Source: Candidatus Micrarchaeota archaeon
GTDB lineage: Archaea > Micrarchaeota > Micrarchaeia > Micrarchaeales > CABMGC01
Direction: 5' to 3'
Assembly: GCA_021850705.1 (NCBI GenBank)
Contig: JAJZKU010000003.1
Span: forward strand, 1,987 to 65,986
Length of the DNA stretch: 64,000 nt
Of this stretch, positions 20,055 to 27,941 are shown in pieces. The position numbers and the translations under genes are program-made. The notes below the pieces were generated by a model. It had not been told where the DNA came from, ran no database searches, and saw nothing but the letters and a program-made list of their open reading frames with translations. Every line of letters starts with the position of its first letter. Position 1 is the stretch's first letter.

Positions 20055-20894
20055 TTACTCATCATTCTCCTTATTTTTATGTATCATCTTTTCCAGTTTG
20101 CTAAAAACTAAGCCTGGCAACGATATCAAATAAAAAATAACATATCCTGCTCCCATGAGTGCAGCTCCGCCAATTCCGATAGCCCCAAGAAAACCAATGA
20201 ACCAAACCATGCCTGGCCGAGATTCATTTGAAGCTACCACATTTTTTTCACTTTTCTCAATGGGATATTCTGAAATCTGGCCCATGTGATTACCTCTAAT
20301 GTTAGTTACTTCTCTGACTTGTGTATTACTAATCGAAGTTCGATTAGGTACTTCATATTGCAATTTTTTCCCTGTCATATCCATATATACAAAATTTATC
20401 CTGTTTACTGCAAAACTATTATTTTCAGCCTCTGCTTTTCTCGAAGAAATCAAAAGAAGATTCTCAGCCCCTTTAACATTCCCATGAGCTATATCTCTAA
20501 AAGTCGCAATGACATAGGGTCCCAATCGCTGATCATATAATAGCGGATATAATGTATTAAATATCAATTCCTTAGCTTTAACCGGTACATTATCTGAATT
20601 CGTTACAATTCTATTTGTTGAAATATATGAAGTTTGTATAATTGTCCCTGTATTTATATGGTCACTTTTATACGATTCAGAAATGGCCTCATTTACAAAT
20701 AATCTCTCCCTATCATCACTTTTAGTCTGTCTTATCTCCATCTTTAGTATATCTGGCAATAACAAGTCACTTTCTCTTTTTACATATAAATCTTTATATA
20801 AAATTGCACATGATAGCAGTGCTCCTGTCATTATTGGAACTAATCTCTGTTTTTTAAAATTATCCATTTTTTCCACTTTCGTTTGCCGCTTCAA
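20055..20894 (-). CDS. Hypothetical 2-TM protein, AT-rich cassette paralogue B
   Basis: LYPLLYDQRLGPYVIATFRDIAHGNVKGAENLL shared domain; TMs near both ends. Confidence 0.75.
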   Translation of the reverse strand: MKRQTKVEKMDNFKKQRLVPIMTGALLSCAILYKDLYVKRESDLLLPDILKMEIRQTKSDDRERLFVNEAISESYKSDHINTGTIIQTSYISTNRIVTNSDNVPVKAKELIFNTLYPLLYDQRLGPYVIATFRDIAHGNVKGAENLLLISSRKAEAENNSFAVNRINFVYMDMTGKKLQYEVPNRTSISNTQVREVTNIRGNHMGQISEYPIEKSEKNVVASNESRPGMVWFIGFLGAIGIGGAALMGAGYVIFYLISLPGLVFSKLEKMIHKNKENDE

Positions 20895-21909
20895 TCATGC
20901 TACGTTTAAGCTCTTCAGCTCTTTTATAATCTCCCTTCTTTAAATACTTTTTATATTGTTCATATGCATTTTTGTAAGTGTAATATCTTCTTCCTGCCTT
21001 TTCCATATCCACTCTTGCTACGTCTACCTCTTTATAATTAAACCTATGCTCATTTTTGAGGCGGTGTACTTCTGCAGAGGCGATATTATACATAGATTTT
21101 AAATAACTCAATTCAGTCTCAAGTGGGAAATTTTTCTTATTATATTCATTTATTTTATCGCCTATATAACTTAATGTTCCAATGCCGAAACACACCTCAA
21201 TTAAAATCTCTAAATAGTGTAGAGTCTCAGCCCAATCTTTTTTATCAGAGTGTTCTGTATACTTATTAGAAGCAATAGTCTTTGGTATGTTATATATAGC
21301 ACTTTTAGTAACATGATCCGAGTCATAAATCCTTCTAGAATCTCTTATAAAAGCAACAGAAAGCTTTTCTGCAGATTTCCTATTAACTTCAACTACTGCA
21401 TTTGATACTTGCGTAACCATCGCAATTCTAATATAATTATACGCTAGGTTTATTTCATCAATAGCTATCATATTTCCTTCTGTTTTTGCTTTTTTAGAAG
21501 TATCATTTAGAAATTGTTCTGCATTTCTAAACTGTCCATATCTGATATCTTCTAAAGATGCCTGTACGTATGGCTCCAATTGCTTACTGTATAATATTGG
21601 TGAGAGTATTCTCTGTACTGTATTTGCCATTAATATGTTATTTTCCACTAAAGACATATTATTTTTATATAGCACTGGAAATAAATGAGGCCCATAACCA
21701 AATCCTTGATTTACATTTATCTGCCTTCGTAGTAATAACTTTACAGAATCTATGTCCTTATAGGATAGGGCGGTTTGGCTTACTGTATCTGTTCTTATTC
21801 TTTCGACTTCTTTTTTCTGCAGATTAATGTTACCTATAGATACTGCAAATGCTGTTCCAGTTACTGCAATCATTGCAGGCACCAAAGCTCCTCTATTTAA
21901 CCTATTCAT
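20860..21909 (-). CDS. Hypothetical 2-TM protein, AT-rich cassette paralogue C
   Basis: LSPILYSKQLEPYVQASLEDIRYGQFRNAEQFL shared domain; N-terminal TM and second TM. Confidence 0.75.
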   Translation of the reverse strand: MNRLNRGALVPAMIAVTGTAFAVSIGNINLQKKEVERIRTDTVSQTALSYKDIDSVKLLLRRQINVNQGFGYGPHLFPVLYKNNMSLVENNILMANTVQRILSPILYSKQLEPYVQASLEDIRYGQFRNAEQFLNDTSKKAKTEGNMIAIDEINLAYNYIRIAMVTQVSNAVVEVNRKSAEKLSVAFIRDSRRIYDSDHVTKSAIYNIPKTIASNKYTEHSDKKDWAETLHYLEILIEVCFGIGTLSYIGDKINEYNKKNFPLETELSYLKSMYNIASAEVHRLKNEHRFNYKEVDVARVDMEKAGRRYYTYKNAYEQYKKYLKKGDYKRAEELKRSMIEAANESGKNG

Positions 21910-22044
21910 TACACTCGCCTATAAATGTCTTAATATGATGACCATATCATATTCTGATGTATTTACTGTTTTACAATTTCCTTATATTTAAGAATTACTC
22001 CTGATTAAGGCATGCTTTTATAAACTAACTTCCTATCTTTAATC

Positions 22045-23028
22045 ATGATATGGCTTCTGGGACTCATGCACCTTATGCTGTCGCTTGGGGACGTAGACGC
22101 ACTGATACCAATAATCATAATACTCATACTGATAGCTGCAGCAGGAGGGCTTACAAGGGGCTTTGATATATTCAGTTTATTCGGTCTTGGCACACTTGCA
22201 GGCATAGGACTTGGCAGCAGGGGATCCATGGCATCAAGAAAGACTGGCGCATTCGATAAAAGCAATAAACAATATGCAGCAGGATTTAAATCAGACAGTA
22301 CGTCAGGTCCTAGTCTAATTTCAGGGAGTCATCAAACCTATAAGGCACTTTCAGGTAAGGCTAAGGCAGGAACCTCCAATCCTAGCAGAGATCTTATACC
22401 TGGTCCAAATGTATTGACTAAAGGTGCAGCTATAGGCTCTTCCCCACTTGTGATATCAAAAGCTGCAGCGATAGGTACAGGTGCAATGACAGTCAAACAG
22501 ATGAATGACCATATAGCAAACAGGGTAAGAATGGCAGTACTAAATCCTGAAAAGTATGGGCCTAAAAAAAGAACGGTTGAGCAGCCTTCTTATCCTGGTA
22601 AACCAAACACTCTTCCATTTTCAAGCACTGATAACGCGGTCGGATGGTTGCTTTCCGGTAGCAGCGGAGCTGCGCTAAAAACATCCCGTATGCGACAACT
22701 AGCTGCAAATGATCCTGCAGCATTTAGAAAGGAGTATAACAAAATAGTAAGAAGAGAACTATACCGGCACATGGTCAATAACAAAATGATCGAAAACGGA
22801 TCTTCTTTCAGGATGCCTAGTGATAAAGAGCGTATGAAAATGAGATACTCCCGAAACATATACGCTGAACGAGCTAAAGCTATCCGTAGAAACGCAACAT
22901 ATAAAGCTAATCTCCCCCCAACATTTAATGTAAAAATGCCAGGGGTCAAGATATCTAAAAACTTTAACGAAATCAACGGCAGCATCTTAGGTAAGCAATT
23001 TAATATTAAGAAAAAAGAGAAAAAATAG
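22045..23028 (+). CDS. Membrane protein with N-terminal hydrophobic segments and long basic low-complexity tail
   Basis: IPIIIILILIAAAGGLTRGFDIFSLFGLGTLAGIGLG then a G/S/A-rich, K/R-rich tail. Confidence 0.7.
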   Translation: MIWLLGLMHLMLSLGDVDALIPIIIILILIAAAGGLTRGFDIFSLFGLGTLAGIGLGSRGSMASRKTGAFDKSNKQYAAGFKSDSTSGPSLISGSHQTYKALSGKAKAGTSNPSRDLIPGPNVLTKGAAIGSSPLVISKAAAIGTGAMTVKQMNDHIANRVRMAVLNPEKYGPKKRTVEQPSYPGKPNTLPFSSTDNAVGWLLSGSSGAALKTSRMRQLAANDPAAFRKEYNKIVRRELYRHMVNNKMIENGSSFRMPSDKERMKMRYSRNIYAERAKAIRRNATYKANLPPTFNVKMPGVKISKNFNEINGSILGKQFNIKKKEKK

Positions 23029-23088
23029 CATTTACTACATGCAAATGGTTTATTAAGTTGACCTAATATTTTATATCAGGTAATCTGG

Positions 23089-23910
23089 TTGAACAAGAAC
23101 TTTTCTTTCCTGATATTCTTGGGCCTGCTTTCAGGATCTTTCATATGTGCAGTAATAATCGGCATACTGCCTCCGGGATATGAGATAGTTGCAATAATTC
23201 TGGCAGTAATAGGGCTTCTTTTCGATGTAATCGCCGCATCTGCCAGGTTCTATTCATATTACTTCGTTCCGTTTATCAAGCGCAAGAACAATGTGGTTAC
23301 GCTGAGCCATGAGCCACCATTCTACGTAACAGCTTCGGGAAATGCGATAATAGTAAAAGAGGAAGACAACACTTATGCGAGTGTCTTTGTAAAGATACCT
23401 GTCTATCTATCCTCAACAGAGATGTCTGACGAGGAGAAGCTCAATTTCGCAAGGTCATTCTCGAAGATGATAACTGTTAACAGCAGATATCCGATGAAAC
23501 TGGCATCGCAGCTCTATTACCTTAACAAGGACGAGTACATACGCAGGATAAGTGCAAAGCTGAATGAAGTTGAAGACAAGTACGACAAGCTTAAGGCAGA
23601 CAAGACCACGCCTGACAAGCTTCTGGAGCGCGTAGAAGGGGAGTTGGCAATGTGGCACAACCTCTTCGATGGGGTTAACAAGTCGCCTTCGCAGAACCAG
23701 ATGGCATATGCTATGGTAAGCGCTCCTGGTGCGAACGAAGAGGAAGCCGTAGCGATAGCGATGCAGCGCGCGGAGGAGGTTGCAGCAGGAGCCGGCTCAA
23801 TTTTTGGTGTGACTGCAAGCATAGCTACTGGAGAGGAAATGCTTGTGTTTGTAGAGCCGGAATACAGTATACCTCCTGCAACGATAAGCGAGCTTCTTAA
23901 GAAGGGATGA
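23089..23910 (+). CDS. 2-TM protein resembling a detached VirB4/TcpF N-terminal region, paralogue 1
   Basis: Two N-terminal TMs then an alpha/beta domain with a coiled-coil insert; TTG start; overlaps next gene by 4 nt (ATGA). Confidence 0.65.
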   Translation: MNKNFSFLIFLGLLSGSFICAVIIGILPPGYEIVAIILAVIGLLFDVIAASARFYSYYFVPFIKRKNNVVTLSHEPPFYVTASGNAIIVKEEDNTYASVFVKIPVYLSSTEMSDEEKLNFARSFSKMITVNSRYPMKLASQLYYLNKDEYIRRISAKLNEVEDKYDKLKADKTTPDKLLERVEGELAMWHNLFDGVNKSPSQNQMAYAMVSAPGANEEEAVAIAMQRAEEVAAGAGSIFGVTASIATGEEMLVFVEPEYSIPPATISELLKKG

Positions 23911-24737
23911 GCATGGATGAAGAGACAATATTCAGGGTTGGAATTACATCAATACTTGCATTGATGTTCGCATCGTTCAGTGCAGCTTATGGTCCTTTGG
24001 ACATACTTGCAATAATACTCTTCCTAGTTGCATTCATTCTGATAATGATCATAAGCTTCGCAGATTTCTTACTCTTCCCGATATTCACAAGGCTTCTCAA
24101 GGTCAGTACAATTCCTGCAAGGGATTACACGATTCCGAAAGAGAATGACGGGATAGTAAAGTATGCCAACGGTCTTTACTACGCTACGGGATATCTTACT
24201 GCCAATGTCTATAACTACGTCTTCCAGGCTGAGCAGATGATAGAAGGCGAGGAGAGCGAGATGGTGATGGGGCCTGACAAGTGGGAGAAAGCCGTAATGA
24301 GCGTAAAATTCCCATTCAAATTCATAGCGATAGGCCAGGCTGTAGATATACAGAAGTACAGGGATGACCTGGAAGGAAGAAGGGCATATCTCGAATTCCA
24401 ATACTCAAAAAGCGAGAGCGCCCCCAATGTCTCTACTTCGGTCCTCGATGACCTAAAAAGAAGAACGCGAGTGCTTCAGGTAAGGATAGACAGGCTTGGA
24501 GCCGGTGAGAGGCCTCTTAGCAGCATGATGTACATAGAGACAACAGCAGTAGGGATAACAATGAGTGATGCCATGAATAAACTTACCCAGCAGACAGACC
24601 AGTTGCAAACGGTATTCAATGTATTCGATCTTGACCTGATAAGGGTAGTGGGCAGGGAGATGTACAGCCTTTACAAGCTGAATTATTACATACCAACCAT
24701 GGAAGAGATTATATCATCATTCCAGTTCCAAAAATGA
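23907..24737 (+). CDS. 2-TM protein resembling a detached VirB4/TcpF N-terminal region, paralogue 2
   Basis: Alignable by eye to 23089..23910 along its length; RLGAGERPLSSMMYIETTA. Confidence 0.65.
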   Translation: MSMDEETIFRVGITSILALMFASFSAAYGPLDILAIILFLVAFILIMIISFADFLLFPIFTRLLKVSTIPARDYTIPKENDGIVKYANGLYYATGYLTANVYNYVFQAEQMIEGEESEMVMGPDKWEKAVMSVKFPFKFIAIGQAVDIQKYRDDLEGRRAYLEFQYSKSESAPNVSTSVLDDLKRRTRVLQVRIDRLGAGERPLSSMMYIETTAVGITMSDAMNKLTQQTDQLQTVFNVFDLDLIRVVGREMYSLYKLNYYIPTMEEIISSFQFQK

Positions 24738-24805
24738 TAACTAAATAATATGTCCGAACAATGTTTATGTGAACGATTATGGGATTGATAAGGATACAGA
24801 ATGTA

Positions 24806-26284
24806 ATGAGCAATGAACTTGCAAAGCGCGTCTTCCTTAGCAGGCCTCCGGAGCCTCCGCCAGAATTCCTTCTCAACGATCCTACAGACTCTATCTTCAT
24901 AGGGATAACCAGAAGATTTGGCGTGCCGCTTACGTGGACGTTTGCCACTCTGACAAACCCTCACATATCTGTAGTAGGAATAACAGGAGCCGGAAAGTCC
25001 TTCTTCGTAAAGACCTTCCTGATACGCGCTAGCTACGTATGGAATGCAAATGCGATAATAATAGACTGGGCCGGAGAGTACAAATCATGGGTAGCGCAGA
25101 GCGGAGGCAAGATTGTCGCTCTTGGAAAGGGCGATTTCATAAATATAATGGACCTTGCGGGAATGAAGCCCTTGGACAGGGCAAAGCAGATAATGAATGC
25201 GCTTGACATACTCACCGATATTACCAGCTTCGCGGAGCAGAGAAGACTTACAGCAGAAGCTATAGAGCAGACTTACGTCAACGCAGGCTTCCCACTAACC
25301 CAGATCCCAAAGGATGGGAAGGATGCCCCTACCCTGAAGAACGTTACCGCTCTGCTTGAGGAGAAGCTTGGTGAGGGCAATTATGCATATCCTGCCGAGC
25401 TCGAAAATGCCATATATAGATTAAGAGAGTTCTCAAGGGAGGGAGAAGACTACTTTGCAAGGAAGAGCACAGTCGATCTTGACAAACTCATCACATCAGG
25501 CCTTGTAGATCTTGACCTTTCCGGCCTTCCAGATGAGAGATTCAGGGCGCTTGCAGGGCTATTCATACTGCAGACACTGAAGGAGAAGATGCGCTTTGAG
25601 GGATGGAGTCCCAGCAAGGGGCTAAAGGCAATAATAGTTCTTGACGAGGCATGGAAGATAGCCAGCGATGAAAGGAGTGATGCGATTACTATAATAAGAG
25701 AGGGAAGAAAGTACCAGTTCGGTCTCATAGTTGCATCGCAGAACCCTACGGATATAAACGAAGCCATATTCTCAAACGTAGGCACATCAATAATACTAAG
25801 GATAAGGTTCGAGAAGTTCCTCGACTACCTGCAGGGATCACTCGGCTTCACGGCTTTCATGAGGGATGAGATAAGCAGGTTCGGAGTAGGGCAGGCGGCG
25901 ATAGACCTCTCATTCCAGACGTCTATAAAATTCCCTTCGGTATTCATAATAGAGCACATAATCGGAGAGATGCCTCTAAACGTCTATGCGATAACGCTTG
26001 GGGACATACTTCAGGAAAGCGAGATGAATGATACGAACATACAAAAGGACTATTATCTAAAGAAGATGGATATAACTGCAAAGCTGGTAAGGACAAATGC
26101 CAACATGGACACAATAAACAGCATAATATTTGACATGGACAAGGCAAACAGGTCAGTAGATGTGAAGAGCCTGGTAACAATACTTGCCAAGAACAATATA
26201 AATCGTGAAGCCATAATACAATTCTTAAGGGAAGTAGGGATACCTGATAATATTATAAGCAGAGTGTTCATATATACAAGGTGA
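24806..26284 (+). CDS. VirB4/HerA-FtsK family ATPase (CedB-like)
   Basis: NPHISVVGITGAGKS (Walker A), IIDWAGEY, PTLKNV, IVLDEAW (Walker B), REGRKYQ..ASQ. Confidence 0.9.
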   Translation: MSNELAKRVFLSRPPEPPPEFLLNDPTDSIFIGITRRFGVPLTWTFATLTNPHISVVGITGAGKSFFVKTFLIRASYVWNANAIIIDWAGEYKSWVAQSGGKIVALGKGDFINIMDLAGMKPLDRAKQIMNALDILTDITSFAEQRRLTAEAIEQTYVNAGFPLTQIPKDGKDAPTLKNVTALLEEKLGEGNYAYPAELENAIYRLREFSREGEDYFARKSTVDLDKLITSGLVDLDLSGLPDERFRALAGLFILQTLKEKMRFEGWSPSKGLKAIIVLDEAWKIASDERSDAITIIREGRKYQFGLIVASQNPTDINEAIFSNVGTSIILRIRFEKFLDYLQGSLGFTAFMRDEISRFGVGQAAIDLSFQTSIKFPSVFIIEHIIGEMPLNVYAITLGDILQESEMNDTNIQKDYYLKKMDITAKLVRTNANMDTINSIIFDMDKANRSVDVKSLVTILAKNNINREAIIQFLREVGIPDNIISRVFIYTR

Positions 26285-26288
26285 GCGC

Positions 26289-26588
26289 ATGGCAGGAACC
26301 TACATGATAAATAAGATAGAACTCAAGCGCATACTCAACTCGTTCGGGATTAACATAAGGAGCGTGGAAGGTACGCTAGGGGCGCTTGACAAGATGCACA
26401 AGAACGTCAACGCCATAGAGTTCGCAAAGATGCTCTTCGGGTTAGGGCTTAAACAGGTGCAGGTAGAGACCATATTAAGGAGAATCGGTATAGATGATCT
26501 TGCAATATCGGACATATTCGATAGGATAGACGAAGATAAGATACACCAGTCATTTGGAAGAGTAGTGGAACTCGGTGTAGACCTATAA
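26289..26588 (+). CDS. Small protein homologous to the C-terminal domain of the adjacent ATPase
   Basis: LDKMHKNVNAIEFAKML..ILRRIGIDDLAISDIF vs ATPase MDKANRSVDVKSLVTIL..FLREVGIPDNIISRVF. Confidence 0.75.
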   Translation: MAGTYMINKIELKRILNSFGINIRSVEGTLGALDKMHKNVNAIEFAKMLFGLGLKQVQVETILRRIGIDDLAISDIFDRIDEDKIHQSFGRVVELGVDL

Positions 26589-26600
26589 ATAGGAGATAAC

Positions 26601-26981
26601 ATGCCAAGCAGCTATTGTATAATATGCGGTAAGAAGAAGAACGGGATAAAGGTTACCGACGACCATGTCTTAAAAACACTCCGCTGGTTCAAGACGAATA
26701 TCACAAAGAACGTGCAGAACAATACGCTTGTGGTGTGCAAGACCTGTTATCCGCAATACAGCAAGCAGCGCAAGAAGTATATAAGCAGAAGGACCGCATA
26801 CGTGGCTCTAGGTATCATCTTCCTTATATTATCAGTGATAATATCCTCTGGCGCATGGCTGACTGCATTATCGATAGGCATATTCATAGTGATACTTCTA
26901 TACGCATTATCGCTTATCAATTACATGCCTGGCTTACAGCTGAAGGGAGCAGACAAAAAGAGCGGACCTAGGAAGAAATAA
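26601..26981 (+). CDS. Zn-finger (CxxC..CxxC) 2-TM membrane protein
   Basis: CIICG...CKTCY then two TM helices; GGAG SD. Confidence 0.75.
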   Translation: MPSSYCIICGKKKNGIKVTDDHVLKTLRWFKTNITKNVQNNTLVVCKTCYPQYSKQRKKYISRRTAYVALGIIFLILSVIISSGAWLTALSIGIFIVILLYALSLINYMPGLQLKGADKKSGPRKK

Positions 26982-27036
26982 GCACCCTTTTTATTCTTTC
27001 ATTTATCTATAATAAAGTAATAATGGAGGAGTTGTT

Positions 27037-27762
27037 TTGGCTGAAGATACTATAGTGCTTCCAAAAGTGGAGGAATTGCAGCTTGACGGGAAGCTCAAGA
27101 CCTCATTCCCTGAAATTAAGGCAAAGCTCTCAAAGCTTCCTTTCTATGACGTGGGCTCAGATGCCAATTCCGTGACTGCGGCAAAGGTGGAGAGCAGGAA
27201 TATAGACAAGATGCCTTACCTGTTTCATATAGTGAAAATAAGCTCTAACAGCATAGACGTAAGTTATTCGATAATACCAGACACGAGCGAAAGCATGCGG
27301 AGAGCCTATGTTGTAAAGAATCTTGCAGGGATTCTTTCTCTGATAAGCAACGATTACGAGATTGATGTTCCGAAGTTCATGCAGTATGTTGACTCTACGC
27401 TTGGAAATCTTATAGATGGCATATCTCAGAATTACAACTTGCTGTACAACAAGTATGACGCGTTAACTGCAGAATACAGGGAGATAAAGAGGCTAAACAA
27501 TGAACTGGAAGCATCGAACAAGAACATTACCGTACAGATTACCCAACTAAGTGAGGACAACAAGGAACTTAAGGCAGAGCTGGACAAGCTTAAGAAGTAT
27601 TCTGACGAGGCTCTCATGGGGCTGGTTCAGGAATGGGTAGAGGTACACGATAATTCTATAGACACGGAGCAGTTTGCAAAGAACTATGCCGTATCGATAC
27701 CAAGAGTAGAACAGATACTGAACAAGATGGTTATGCAGGGCTATCTTGAGGTAAAGTCATAG
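27037..27762 (+). CDS. Coiled-coil protein with C-terminal winged-helix
   Basis: Heptad region LYNKYDALTAEYREIKRLNNELE..., C-terminal IDTEQFAKNYAVSIPRVEQILNKMVMQGYLEV; TTG start after GGAGG. Confidence 0.75.
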   Translation: MAEDTIVLPKVEELQLDGKLKTSFPEIKAKLSKLPFYDVGSDANSVTAAKVESRNIDKMPYLFHIVKISSNSIDVSYSIIPDTSESMRRAYVVKNLAGILSLISNDYEIDVPKFMQYVDSTLGNLIDGISQNYNLLYNKYDALTAEYREIKRLNNELEASNKNITVQITQLSEDNKELKAELDKLKKYSDEALMGLVQEWVEVHDNSIDTEQFAKNYAVSIPRVEQILNKMVMQGYLEVKS

Positions 27763-27770
27763 GTTGTCCG

Positions 27771-27917
27771 ATGAGATATAATGTTGTCGTGAAGAGGCGC
27801 TTCCAGGACATACAGGTATACAAGGTAATAAAGAAGATGAACGATAAGTCTAACAAACTGTCAAGGGCCGTAATGAGATTCCTGGAGAAGAAGATGAACG
27901 AGGAAAAAAAGGTATAA
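27771..27917 (+). CDS. 48-aa basic microprotein (below ORF-track cutoff)
   Basis: MRYNVVVKRRFQDIQVYKVIKKMNDKSNKLSRAVMRFLEKKMNEEKKV fills the gap between two co-oriented genes. Confidence 0.55.
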   Translation: MRYNVVVKRRFQDIQVYKVIKKMNDKSNKLSRAVMRFLEKKMNEEKKV

Positions 27918-27941
27918 CTGTTTATTTTAGTGGTTAGGTTG

